NCBI GenBank assembly: GCA_944358895.1
Contig: CALVSB010000002.1
Coordinates: 2,969 to 66,968 of the forward strand
Length of the DNA: 64,000 bases
Direction: 5' to 3'
Origin: an uncultured Bacilli bacterium
GTDB lineage: Bacteria; Bacillota_I; Bacilli_A; RFN20; CAG-826
Shown in pieces: positions 17,042-26,694 of the stretch (positions are counted from its first letter, which is position 1; each line of letters begins with the position of its first letter). A program made the translations under genes and the position numbers. The notes under the pieces are model-generated. The model ran no database searches and was not told where the DNA came from. It saw only the letters and a program-made list of their open reading frames with translations.

Positions 17042-20000
17042 TTAGGCCGCGACCCAGCTAATCGTCTGGTAACCAGTGACGGTCGCCGTGCCGATAACGG
17101 TTCCGTAGGCCGTGACTTCCATCACCGTTCCTTCGGCTTCAAGCGAAGTCCCTTCGACGAATTCGAGCTCGACCGTCGGAAGGAATTCGCCCTCGACGAT
17201 CGCGCCATAGACCCGGCCTGGGTTCGGTCCGATGTCGGTCATGACGGAGATGAGGGTGACGCCAGTGCCGACCGTCCAGTCGGCCGTCTTAGCGTATTGG
17301 GCGTCGATATTGCCGGAGTTATAGACGGACTGGTACTTGCTCAGGTAATACGGTCTATCGGTGCCTTCCCGAATGATAAGGGCGTTCCCATTCTGATCGA
17401 CGGTGACATCGTAGATGCCGGCCGTGAAGTTCAGGATGCCGCGCGCCTCGTCATAGCTGTTGATGACCGGGACGGCATCGACAGTCTTGCCCTCCCAGCT
17501 GAATTCGTCGGAACCGACGCCGAACTTGTAGTAGCTCGAGCCAGCCAGGGTTCCGATGTAGGTTCCCTGCGCCCAAGCATAGTCGGTGGAGAAGATGCCG
17601 ATGTTCTGCTCGAGAGTAAGGACCACGTCGGCGCCGGTCTCGGAATCGACGGCAATGACGTAGTCGGTCCCGGCTTCGAGCACGTACTTGAGCACGCCGG
17701 TGCCGGTGGCAAGCTCGGTTTGGCCAAGTCCGTCGTAGAGGGTCAAGGCCGCGTCGGGATCGCTCGCCGTAAGCTTGGTGTCCATGCTCGTTTCAGCCGT
17801 GAAGCGAGCGTAGGAGACGGTCTGCCCTTCGACCGGCTGGACCGTAATCGTCCCGTCGACGATGGCGACGTCAGAGGCAAAGGCCGGAGTGAAGCCCGGA
17901 ACGCCTTCGGCCATGAGGAAGGTGAAGGAACTCGTCGAGGTTCCGCCAGTATAGCCGACCTCGATGGTGTAGGTGCCCGGTTCGAGCCGGAGATCGAGTT
18001 CGACCTCGGTCCCGTAATAGACATCCCACCAATCTTCTTCGCCCTCTTCGACCACGGAGCCGAGTTCATTGCCCTCGGCATCATAGACGATGATCTGCTT
18101 GGCGTAGTACTCGGTGCCGCCGTCGAGGATCAAACGGTAGAGGGCCGTTTCCTCGACCGTGATCTCGTAGAAGTGCGAGCCTTCGTAGAAGGTCGAGACG
18201 GTAATCGGCTCGCCCATCGTAAGGCTCAGGGCTTCGTTGACTTCCGGCGACGTCATGAGGAGGCCGTCGGGCGGCACGCCGATCGTCACGTAGCTTGAGG
18301 TTTCGCCCGCGGCGTACTCCTCGAACTCGTTGTCGTAGAAATTGCTCGAGAAGACGAGGTAGTAAGTGCCGGCCAGATCGAGGTCCTCGAAGAGCTGCAC
18401 GGCTTCGGTCGTCGCGGAGCTGGCGCTGAAGTCAGCGACTTCCTCGCCCGCCTCGTCGTAGATCGTCACGCTCGTGTAGACTCCATCCTCCCCGCCGATG
18501 GTGATGGCCGTCGGCAGTTCCGGGATGGTATTCGGCATGATCTTGTAGACGGCATAGGCCTCTTTCGTCCCGTTCCAGTTGATCCGGGTCTTCGCTTCGT
18601 AGTCGAGAGCGACCGCTTCGTCGGCGGTGTCGTTTTCGGCCGTCGTGATCTCGACCGGGATCTTGCCGTAGAGGACGTCATCGGGGTCGTAGCTGCTGTA
18701 GTAGCCGGTAACGCCGAGGTAGACGGTCTCGCCTTCAAGAAGGTCAAGCGTCCAGATGGTGCTGTAGCTGCTCTTGCGGTGCGGCACCAGGTGGTCGACT
18801 TCGTAAGTCGCCGAATTGACGGTCGTGAGTTCCGTCTTGTCTTCGCCATAAAGGAAGAGATAGGGCTCGTCCTTGGTGTAGGCGGTCGTCGACTCTTCGT
18901 CAATGTCGTAAGGCTTGCCGAGGCTGATGTAGTAGCGGTCGTCGGCCTGGGCCGTGAACTTCAGGTAGTAGACTTCCATGCCCGGGACGGTCGAGGCGTC
19001 GCCCTTGAAGGTCGCTCCTTCGATGACGAAGGGGTCGTCGAGCGAATTGCCGGCCGGGAACGCGGTCCAATAGGCGTGGAGAGTCACGTCGGCTTCCACG
19101 GTATAGGTAGCCATGTCGAGCGGCTCCGGATTCTCGAGGTCGAGGACCCAGCCCGCCATGAAGTAGCCGTCTTTCCGGGGTTTCGGAACATTGGGCACCG
19201 TCCGTCCGACAATGACGTCCATCACGATGTTTTCGTTCGTCTCGGCTCCGTCGACGACGGCCGTGCCGCCGTTGAGGTCGAAGGTCACCGTCGCGACTTC
19301 GGTATCCGAGCAGATCGTCCAGTCGGAGACGATGTGGTTGCCCGGGGCCGCGGCCGTGAGGGCCGCCCACTCGGCTTCCGTTCCCTCGTAGGTAATCCGG
19401 ACGATGAGGCCGTCAGAGGTGAAGAGGGCCATCTGCGGAAGGGCCGTGACCGTATAGGGGACGACGAACTCGTTGACCGCGGTCCGGATGCCCGACTGGA
19501 TGCTCGTGAGGTTCGAAGCCTCGAAGAGGATGCGGTTGATGCTGGTGCTACTGCCGAAGCAGCTTGACCCGATCGTCACAAGGCTGGACGGGAAGTTGAC
19601 CGTGCCGGCGATCTTGGTTCCCGAGAAAGCCCAGCGGTTGAATTCCACGATGGTGTCCGGAAGGGTCACGTTGCCGAGTCCACTCTTGTTTTCAAAGCAG
19701 CCGTTGGTGCTGTCGATATCGCCGGCAGTGACGACCTTGCCGAGCGATTCGGCCAGGTGGTCTTCCTCCGGGACGAGCGACCAGACAAACGGGGCAACGA
19801 CGATGTCGCCGGTACCGCCCCCATAGAAGTAGTAGTCGCCGTAGTAGGTGTCGCCTTCGTCTTCGTACTTGGTGTAGGTGACGCTTCCGACCGTCGGGTC
19901 GCCGAGAACGCCCCAGACATTGGCCCGGTCGTCCAGCGAATCAACAAGCCCGCCGGCCAAGTCGTAAGTCTTGAGGGAGACGTCGATCTCGCTCCACCAG

Positions 20001-20470
20001 TTGGCCTCCGGGATATTGTTGATGGTGTACGTCATGTAATAGTAGGTCTTCCCTTCCTCGAGAGGGGTCGTCCATTGGACGTCCGCGGCCCGAGGCAGCT
20101 CAGTGTAGACATACTTGAGGTCAAAGCTCGCTTCTTCCTTGATGACGGCATCGGCTTCCTTGACGCTTCTCGTCCAGGTCGCCTTCGAGAGGCCTTGATA
20201 GCCGTCGATGGCCGCGACGAAGCGGATGGCCTTGTTTTCCCCGACGTCGGTCACGTCGATCCCGAGGACCGGATGGGCGGTGTCGACTTCGTTGGCTTTC
20301 TTGACATGATTGCCGAAAGCAATCGCCCGGCCTCCGTCTTCGGTCGTCACGATTTCGTCTTCAAGAAGCGGGTCCGCCTCCGGCGCCCGGTCAGCCGTCA
20401 CGGCGACGATCAGGCCGAGGGCCATGGTCGAAAGAAGAAGGAAAGGGACGGTTTTGCGTGTGTTTTTCAT
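17042..20470 (-). CDS. 1142-aa secreted mosaic surface protein: BspA-type leucine-rich repeats, Listeria-Bacteroides (Flg_new) repeat, four PPC-like modules
   Basis: Signal peptide MKNTRKTVPFLLLSTMALGLIVAVTA. LRR-like segment NVTLPDTIVEFNRWAFSGTKIAGTVNFPSSLVTIGSSCF. Flg_new-like segment VTFDLNGGTAVVDG...RKDGYFMAGWVLD...VTLHAYW. Four modules of about 110 aa end in GETVYLGVTGYY, GTYYLVFSS, GTYTIEVGY and TDYVIAVDS, typical of pre-peptidase C-terminal domains. Confidence 0.75.
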   Translation of the reverse strand: MKNTRKTVPFLLLSTMALGLIVAVTADRAPEADPLLEDEIVTTEDGGRAIAFGNHVKKANEVDTAHPVLGIDVTDVGENKAIRFVAAIDGYQGLSKATWTRSVKEADAVIKEEASFDLKYVYTELPRAADVQWTTPLEEGKTYYYMTYTINNIPEANWWSEIDVSLKTYDLAGGLVDSLDDRANVWGVLGDPTVGSVTYTKYEDEGDTYYGDYYFYGGGTGDIVVAPFVWSLVPEEDHLAESLGKVVTAGDIDSTNGCFENKSGLGNVTLPDTIVEFNRWAFSGTKIAGTVNFPSSLVTIGSSCFGSSTSINRILFEASNLTSIQSGIRTAVNEFVVPYTVTALPQMALFTSDGLIVRITYEGTEAEWAALTAAAPGNHIVSDWTICSDTEVATVTFDLNGGTAVVDGAETNENIVMDVIVGRTVPNVPKPRKDGYFMAGWVLDLENPEPLDMATYTVEADVTLHAYWTAFPAGNSLDDPFVIEGATFKGDASTVPGMEVYYLKFTAQADDRYYISLGKPYDIDEESTTAYTKDEPYLFLYGEDKTELTTVNSATYEVDHLVPHRKSSYSTIWTLDLLEGETVYLGVTGYYSSYDPDDVLYGKIPVEITTAENDTADEAVALDYEAKTRINWNGTKEAYAVYKIMPNTIPELPTAITIGGEDGVYTSVTIYDEAGEEVADFSASSATTEAVQLFEDLDLAGTYYLVFSSNFYDNEFEEYAAGETSSYVTIGVPPDGLLMTSPEVNEALSLTMGEPITVSTFYEGSHFYEITVEETALYRLILDGGTEYYAKQIIVYDAEGNELGSVVEEGEEDWWDVYYGTEVELDLRLEPGTYTIEVGYTGGTSTSSFTFLMAEGVPGFTPAFASDVAIVDGTITVQPVEGQTVSYARFTAETSMDTKLTASDPDAALTLYDGLGQTELATGTGVLKYVLEAGTDYVIAVDSETGADVVLTLEQNIGIFSTDYAWAQGTYIGTLAGSSYYKFGVGSDEFSWEGKTVDAVPVINSYDEARGILNFTAGIYDVTVDQNGNALIIREGTDRPYYLSKYQSVYNSGNIDAQYAKTADWTVGTGVTLISVMTDIGPNPGRVYGAIVEGEFLPTVELEFVEGTSLEAEGTVMEVTAYGTVIGTATVTGYQTISWVAA

Positions 20471-20485
20471 GTTTTTCGTTCCTCC

Positions 20486-21175
20486 TTACCACTCTTCGAC
20501 GATGCCGCCTTCGCCGGTCACGACATTGATCGGCTCAACCTTGATGTCGATCGTCATGTCGGCCTCGCCCATCGTTACGGTGAGGACTCCGTCGGCCAAG
20601 GAGGCTTCCTCTCCGTCGACGGTGATTTCGATGATGCGGTATTCCTCGTCGACTTCGACGGTCAACTCGATGACCTCGCCAGCCACGCCGGTAAGGTTGC
20701 CGTCCACGGTAACGACATCCGGAGCGGTGACGATAATGTCGTGAAGTTCGGCCGTCGCGATGACGATGGTGGCGTTCACGTCCGGCATCGTGAACGTGAT
20801 CTTGCCGTCCACGATTTCCACGGCCTCGCCATTCAAGGTAGCTCCCGTGATGCGGTAGTCGGCCTCGGCCGTTACCTCGATCGTCACCTCGTCCCCAGCC
20901 TTGGCCTCGGCCGGGCCGGTCGTCGTAATGTGTTCGCCTTCGATGGCAATCGCGTAGGTCGCGACCGTCGAAGAAGCGATTTCGCTATCCGGCGTCGAAA
21001 CCACCGGTTCGCTGCTCGAATCGGGCGCGGGAATTTCCGAAGAGGCTACTTCCGAGGTTCCTTCGGAACCGCCGGTTGAAGTTACCGGTCCTGACGACTC
21101 AGTCACTTCTCCGCACGACGCGAGCAAGGCGAGAAGCCCCAAAACAAGGACTCCCTTTATTTTCTTGCCTTTCAT
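20486..21175 (-). CDS. lipoprotein with three tandem beta-domains of about 55 aa (divergent InlB B-repeat-like)
   Basis: ORF 20486..21289 trimmed to ATG 21175. MKGKKIKGVLVLGLLALLASCGE lipobox and an S/T/E linker. Repeats include ITGATLNGEAVEIVDGKITFTMPDVNATIVIA and IIEITVDGEEASLADGVLTVTMGEADMTIDIK. Lies 15 nt upstream of the 1142-aa gene. Confidence 0.7.
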   Translation of the reverse strand: MKGKKIKGVLVLGLLALLASCGEVTESSGPVTSTGGSEGTSEVASSEIPAPDSSSEPVVSTPDSEIASSTVATYAIAIEGEHITTTGPAEAKAGDEVTIEVTAEADYRITGATLNGEAVEIVDGKITFTMPDVNATIVIATAELHDIIVTAPDVVTVDGNLTGVAGEVIELTVEVDEEYRIIEITVDGEEASLADGVLTVTMGEADMTIDIKVEPINVVTGEGGIVEEW

Positions 21176-21432
21176 TGTCGAAAGACTCCTTTCTTCCGGA
21201 TGGCAAATGGCGCGCAAGGAACTCCGGAGCAATCGCATGGCGCCAGGCCCCAAATAACCTCCCCCCACGGGCCTCGTATGGGGGCACAATATGAAAGATT
21301 GTCAAATTTTCAATAAAAAGGTGCATATGTTTAATGAAAAGTGAAAAGTCAGCCGTCCATCGAAAAAATTTTAAGTAAGTATCTAAACATTTTGATTGAC
21401 ATGAAGCGTTCTTGACCTAGTCTTGACGCGCG

Positions 21433-21446
21433 TAGATGCGCATCTA
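21433..21446. promoter_or_regulatory. perfect 14-bp palindrome TAGATGCGCATCTA (candidate operator) in the divergent lipoprotein promoter region
   Basis: Seen directly in the sequence. It sits 16 nt upstream of ATG 21462 and just downstream of three TTGAC boxes (about 21405-21428). Confidence 0.4.
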
Positions 21447-21461
21447 AAAGAAAGGATATTC

Positions 21462-22316
21462 ATGAAGAAAGCATTAATTGCCCTTCCGATAGCCTTGGCC
21501 CTGCTCCTCCCTTCGTGCGGAGGCGAAAGCCAGTCGACGTCGTCCGTCGGCCCATCGGAAGAAACCTCTTCGACTTCGCCGGACAGCTCTTCAGAAGTGT
21601 CAGAGAGCGAAGAGGAAAGCCAAAGCAGCTCGGCAGAGGAGGTCGTCTTCCCCTCCTATAGCGAAATTCAGGAAGACATCGTCATGGGCGGCTACCTCAC
21701 CGAAGTGGGGATCGGCATCGCCTTCATCGCCGGCCGGGATTACACAATCAGCTTTTACTTCTCGGTCGCCGACATGGGCGGGGTCGAAGTCTTCTCGACC
21801 CACCCCGAGTACCTCGAGGTCGAGCCGACCGACACGGCCGGGACTTACATCCTCCACTGCAAAAAGGTCGGCGATCCCGGCCTCTTCATCCGGGATGCCG
21901 AAGGGAGAACCCATTACCGGAACAATGTCCACATCCGGGAAGCCATCCCCCTCGAGGAGATGGAAGACTACCTCGTCGGGATCGACCATTACCAAAGCTG
22001 GGGCATCAACGGTGGCAACATCCAGTTCACCTTCCTCGGCAATTCGACGGCCATGCTGACCGGGACCGACGAAGGGAACATCCCCCTCGGGAAAAACGGC
22101 ATCCAGTTCACCTACGAATACGACATGACGATCGAAGATGCCGGGATGTACGTCTTCAAAATCCTCGACTGGGAAAACCCCTACACCGGGCTTACCGCGA
22201 ATGCCTTCCACGTGAGCATGGCCGGTGACATCATCCATCTTACCAACGGAACCATCGGGACGACCTCCTTCTATACCTGCGAGATCTTCCAGGTGGCTGA
22301 AGCGGCTGCCCAATAA
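21462..22316 (+). CDS. lipoprotein, unknown function
   Basis: ORF 21423..22316 trimmed to ATG 21462. MKKALIALPIALALLLPSCGG lipobox followed by an S/E-rich linker. Confidence 0.7.
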   Translation: MKKALIALPIALALLLPSCGGESQSTSSVGPSEETSSTSPDSSSEVSESEEESQSSSAEEVVFPSYSEIQEDIVMGGYLTEVGIGIAFIAGRDYTISFYFSVADMGGVEVFSTHPEYLEVEPTDTAGTYILHCKKVGDPGLFIRDAEGRTHYRNNVHIREAIPLEEMEDYLVGIDHYQSWGINGGNIQFTFLGNSTAMLTGTDEGNIPLGKNGIQFTYEYDMTIEDAGMYVFKILDWENPYTGLTANAFHVSMAGDIIHLTNGTIGTTSFYTCEIFQVAEAAAQ

Positions 22317-22328
22317 AGGAGAACCATC

Positions 22329-25106
22329 ATGAAAAAAGCCAACAAAGCCCTTCTCGTCGCCTTGCTCGGAGCCGGTCTCACCCTAGCTTCCTGCGGAGGG
22401 ACGGAAACTTCGTCTTCGACTCCGGCGGAAAGCACGACGACTTCCGCTTCCTCGGAAGCCGAAGCCTCTTCCGAGACCCACGGGGAATCTTCCTCGGAGT
22501 CGGTCTCCCTCCCTGATTCGAGCGATACCTCCTCGACCCCGGATGTCGTCGAAGACTACCTCGTCGACATTGTCGAGACGACCGGCGTCCACATCACTTC
22601 GAACCTCGAAAGAGCCAAACCAGGCGACACTGTCACTTTGACCGTCACCGTCGATCCGGGCTACGTTCTCACTTCCCTTACAATGAACGGCGAGACCCTC
22701 ACGGCGAATAGCGACGGCACTTATTCCTTCACGATGCCGGACCGCGATGCGAAGATCCGGGCCACCGTGACGGTCGAAGGCGAAGTGACGATCGGCGGCT
22801 CGGTTTCCGCGGCCTTCACCGAAAACGGCGACGGGACCTGGACCGCCCGAAACGTCGAAATCCCGGCGGCCGGCGGCCAGATTTACATCCGGGTCAGCCC
22901 CAAAGGCGGAACCTCCGACCTTCTCGGCTATAGCGACCTCGACATCTACAAGTGCTTCGGGAACATCACCTACTACTATTCATCCGACACGGACATCGGC
23001 TCGGTGGCCGAAGACCTCGGCATCCAGGTGAGCGAGGACAAGGGCCGCGGCTCCTTGATCCTCCTCGGCGGCAATGCAGCCTATGACATTACCTACGACC
23101 CAGCCGCGGAACTCAAGCTTTCGGTCCAGCGGACGAAGGTGACTTCCCTCCCGACGACCTCCGAGCAGCTCTACAGCCTCTTCGACGGCTCGGTCCTGAG
23201 CGAGGCCCCGACTTATCCGGCAGGCGTTACGGGAGTCGACTACTACGATTCGGCAGCCGGCGTCAACGGCGAGGACTACCACTACGTCAAATACGCGGAC
23301 GGCTCCTCCCACGCGACGGTCAAGGACCACGACACCGGCGAGACAACCGCGAATGTCTACAAGGAAATCGTGACCAAGGACGGGCGAAAGCAGCTCATCG
23401 TCGTCGACAACTATCTCCGGGGACGGACCTATACCGACCTGAGCGGCGGGACCGCTTCCCTCGAAGGCGATAGCCTCGCCGCGGCTGACGTCGAGGCCTA
23501 TAGCGGCCGTTACGACATTGTCGACGCGGTCGCGGAAGGCTACAGCCGTTACCAATACGACGAACGCGACGCCGCCTTCTTGGCCGGGAGCTACGACCAC
23601 ACCATGCGGGAAATCGACATGGTTCAGTACCAAGCCTACCGCCACTCCTTCGAAATCGCCGACGATCTTATCCGGACCGAACTCGACATCGTCCCGACGA
23701 AGCACGAAGACGGGACCTTCACCGTCACCATCGACTCCCTCAAGGAATGGAACCCGAGCGCTTCGGGCACCATCTACAACACGATGGATGTCGACACGGT
23801 CGGCACTTGGCACGTCGAGATGACCTTCACCGAGGCCGGCGCCATCCTGAACGGCTCTTACCTCCTCAAGAAGTACACGGCGACCAATTACAATTTCAAG
23901 ACTCACGAGTTCATCGGCGATCCGGAAACGACTGGGACCGTCCTCCGGGAACTCCGCTACTCCTATACCTACGGCGAGGCCGCGGCCAATCCGCACGACT
24001 TCGACTACACGCCTTATTTCGCCACCTCGATCGACCCCTACATCGAAGTGACGGACGGGGAGCGGAACGTCCTCTCGGCCGGCTGGAATTCGATCGAAGA
24101 CGAGGATTCGATCCACATCAATCCTTCGCCCTCGACGGCTCTCGATGCCTGGCAGTACGGCATCATCGGCTCCGACAACCCCGACATCTGCCGGAACGAA
24201 GACGGCAACCCGACGGCCTACCAGATGTACGGTACCGGGGCGGTGACCCTCACCTTCGGCAACCACACCGACAATTCGGTCACCGGTTCGGTCGAGGTCA
24301 CGATCGACGGTTCGACCTTCCATAGCCTTGCCTGGATCCCCTACTACGAAGGCGGCATCTACTCCGACGAGAACATCATCACGGCCAGCAACCTCCAGAT
24401 CTACGGCAACAGCAGCCACACCGTCACCCTTTCGCCGACGCCCAATAACGGCACCCTCTTCGGCCTCGAATGGACGAGCGACCACGAAGGCCTCATCGAC
24501 CTCGACCTCGACGCGGCAACCGGCCGCTGCACGGTCACGGCCCTCAAAAACATCGCGGAAACGACGACCGTCAACCTCACCTTTACCTCGCCCTACATCG
24601 ACAATGTCGACGGCGAGTGCGTCCTCCAAGTTACCGTCGTCCCGGGAAGTGGCGAAGAGGTCTCGATCGCGACCTTGGCCGGGACCTATCGGGTCGAACT
24701 CGGCGAAGACACGACCGGCTACGACGAAAGCGACCCGACGGTCCTCACTTTGACCGCCGATCCGTCCAAGGACCACGAAGGGGCCTATGAAGCGACGATC
24801 GAGATGTTCGACGAAGACGCCACCTTCAAAGTCGGCTTCGACTATACCTACGATCCTGACAACTTCGCCCTCAAGGTCGTCTCCGGCAGCGCGGAGCTCC
24901 TGAGCGGGTCGCTCGGCTCCTACGACGATATTACCGTCAGCCTCAACTTCGAGATCACGACCGGCAAGGTAGGCGTCTATCTTGCGACCGAGACTTACGA
25001 CTGGAACAGCTACGGCGCGACGATCACGCCCTACCTCGGCGAATACACCGACGAGGAGGATTACTCCTACATCTCGGCTTACGTCTTCTTCGTCAAAGTC
25101 GAATAA
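22329..25106 (+). CDS. 925-aa lipoprotein, N-terminal InlB B-repeat-like module, remainder unknown
   Basis: MKKANKALLVALLGAGLTLASCGG lipobox and an S/T/E linker. The module VLTSLTMNGETLTANSDGTYSFTMPDRDAKIRATV resembles the repeats of 20486..21175. Lies 12 nt after the preceding gene. Confidence 0.75.
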   Translation: MKKANKALLVALLGAGLTLASCGGTETSSSTPAESTTTSASSEAEASSETHGESSSESVSLPDSSDTSSTPDVVEDYLVDIVETTGVHITSNLERAKPGDTVTLTVTVDPGYVLTSLTMNGETLTANSDGTYSFTMPDRDAKIRATVTVEGEVTIGGSVSAAFTENGDGTWTARNVEIPAAGGQIYIRVSPKGGTSDLLGYSDLDIYKCFGNITYYYSSDTDIGSVAEDLGIQVSEDKGRGSLILLGGNAAYDITYDPAAELKLSVQRTKVTSLPTTSEQLYSLFDGSVLSEAPTYPAGVTGVDYYDSAAGVNGEDYHYVKYADGSSHATVKDHDTGETTANVYKEIVTKDGRKQLIVVDNYLRGRTYTDLSGGTASLEGDSLAAADVEAYSGRYDIVDAVAEGYSRYQYDERDAAFLAGSYDHTMREIDMVQYQAYRHSFEIADDLIRTELDIVPTKHEDGTFTVTIDSLKEWNPSASGTIYNTMDVDTVGTWHVEMTFTEAGAILNGSYLLKKYTATNYNFKTHEFIGDPETTGTVLRELRYSYTYGEAAANPHDFDYTPYFATSIDPYIEVTDGERNVLSAGWNSIEDEDSIHINPSPSTALDAWQYGIIGSDNPDICRNEDGNPTAYQMYGTGAVTLTFGNHTDNSVTGSVEVTIDGSTFHSLAWIPYYEGGIYSDENIITASNLQIYGNSSHTVTLSPTPNNGTLFGLEWTSDHEGLIDLDLDAATGRCTVTALKNIAETTTVNLTFTSPYIDNVDGECVLQVTVVPGSGEEVSIATLAGTYRVELGEDTTGYDESDPTVLTLTADPSKDHEGAYEATIEMFDEDATFKVGFDYTYDPDNFALKVVSGSAELLSGSLGSYDDITVSLNFEITTGKVGVYLATETYDWNSYGATITPYLGEYTDEEDYSYISAYVFFVKVE

Positions 25107-25122
25107 AGACGCACGGAACTTA

Positions 25123-25146
25123 GGCGGGCTTCGGCCCGCCTTTTCT
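25123..25146 (+). terminator. rho-independent terminator
   Basis: GGCGGGC-ttcg-GCCCGCC followed by TTTTCTT. Confidence 0.85.
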
Positions 25147-25180
25147 TGTCGTTTTGATAAAGATAAGGGGGTTTTGCATG

Positions 25181-25206
25181 AAAAAAGAGGCCCTCGATGG
25201 GGCCTC
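25181..25206 (-). terminator. rho-independent terminator after 25225..26613
   Basis: Minus strand reads GAGGCCC-catcga-GGGCCTC followed by TTTTTT. Confidence 0.8.
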
Positions 25207-25224
25207 CTTGCGGTACTTGAGTCT

Positions 25225-26613
25225 CTAGGAAACCTGGTAGGCCAGGATCTCGTCGGTTGCTTTTTCGACCTCGGCCACGTTGGCCTCCCCAAAGCCGAAG
25301 AAGGAGAAATGGGTAGCCCCGGAAATGAGGTTGACATTTCCGACCGAGTAATTGACCGCGAAGTCGATGTAAGACTCGCCGCCTTCCTCGCGGGGAGTGA
25401 TCATGATCGACCGCGGATAATACCCGGCGCTTTGGATGTGGCCGCCGTTCAAGGTGTCGAAGTCGATGGCGAGGGTCGAGTCGTCGATGAGATAGGTCCC
25501 GTCGCCCATCGGATCGGCGAATTCGAGATAGTCCCAGAAGAGGGCTTGCTTGATGTAGCCGAGGCCGGACGAGACATCGGTCAGGTCGCTGGTCGTGATG
25601 TAGGGATAGGAAATGACGGGGCTGACCTGAAGCCCATCATCAAGGTTGCTCAGCATGTAGAGATAAGTGCCGTCGAGGACGTGGCTGACGTAGGTAATGC
25701 TTCCGTCTTCCCCGGACTGGGGAAGCGAAAGTTCCACGTGGGAGAAGGAAACGAAAGCCTGGTCGAAGGCTCCTTGGGAATGGCCGTAGTCGTTATAGAG
25801 GCCTGCCCAATAGGTCGGCATGAAGTACTCGGTCCCGTAGGAGAGGGTGGGATCGCCGATGTCGAGAACGTCCCGCTTGTAGTTGTCTAAGAAGAACTTG
25901 TCCCGATAGGAGGCAAGATCGTCGGGGACGGCATAGAAGGAGCCGCCGCGATCAAGATAGCTGTCGACTGCTTCCGCGTTTCCTTCGAGGGAGGCGACGG
26001 ATAGCGAATAGACTTGGCCGTCGATCGTCACTTCGATCCGGAAATCAGTGAGGGCGGAACCGGCTTTGACGAGGAAGGAGGTCGCCTTCAGGAAGTCGGA
26101 AGACGGCCGTTCGAGGAGGGTCAGGACCGCCAGTTTGTTGACCTTGTTGGTCAAAGCGTAGCTCTCCTCCCCTTCCCAAATGCTTTCCTTGGAAAGATCG
26201 ATGTCGGCAAGCGAGGGGAAAAGGCCGCTTCCGTAAAGTTCCTGTCCCTCTATCAGTTCCGAGCCGCGGAGATTCCCCCGCTCGTCGAGGAGGAGACGGT
26301 AAACGCCTCCTTCCGAGGCGACGTAGCCGATGCTGGTAATCCCTTCGTCGAGGTAGAAATACCCAGGCGCGTAATGGAGGGTAAATTCCCCTTCGTCCGC
26401 CTTGAGGGTGTAATCGTGGTTCGACTGAAGATAAAGAAGGGAGGCCTTGACGTCATTCGGGGCCGGCATTTCCGGCTGGGCAACCGAGGAAGAAGGAAGA
26501 GACGAGGTTTCCTCTTCCGACGGGCTGCTAGAAAGGGAAGAGACAGTTTCCCCGCCGCACGATAGCAAAAGCAAAGAGAGAGTCAAAGCCAAGACTGGAT
26601 GCGCTATTTTCAT
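25225..26613 (-). CDS. lipoprotein, unknown fold, probable distant paralog of 14433..16376
   Basis: ORF 25225..26634 trimmed to ATG 26613. MKIAHPVLALTLSLLLLSCGG lipobox and an S/E linker. Collinear motif matches with 14433..16376 were found by eye. Confidence 0.7.
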   Translation of the reverse strand: MKIAHPVLALTLSLLLLSCGGETVSSLSSSPSEEETSSLPSSSVAQPEMPAPNDVKASLLYLQSNHDYTLKADEGEFTLHYAPGYFYLDEGITSIGYVASEGGVYRLLLDERGNLRGSELIEGQELYGSGLFPSLADIDLSKESIWEGEESYALTNKVNKLAVLTLLERPSSDFLKATSFLVKAGSALTDFRIEVTIDGQVYSLSVASLEGNAEAVDSYLDRGGSFYAVPDDLASYRDKFFLDNYKRDVLDIGDPTLSYGTEYFMPTYWAGLYNDYGHSQGAFDQAFVSFSHVELSLPQSGEDGSITYVSHVLDGTYLYMLSNLDDGLQVSPVISYPYITTSDLTDVSSGLGYIKQALFWDYLEFADPMGDGTYLIDDSTLAIDFDTLNGGHIQSAGYYPRSIMITPREEGGESYIDFAVNYSVGNVNLISGATHFSFFGFGEANVAEVEKATDEILAYQVS

Positions 26614-26670
26614 TAATCGTTTTCCTCCCGGCATGCAAGGAGACTAGCACAGGTCCGGGAAATCTCAACA

Positions 26671-26694
26671 AAAGAAAAAAGGCCCAAAGGCCTT
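26671..26694 (-). terminator. terminator-like hairpin in the leader of the 26613 lipoprotein gene
   Basis: Minus strand reads AAGGCC-tttg-GGCCTT followed by TTTTCTTTTG. It lies about 60 nt upstream of ATG 26613. Confidence 0.55.
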
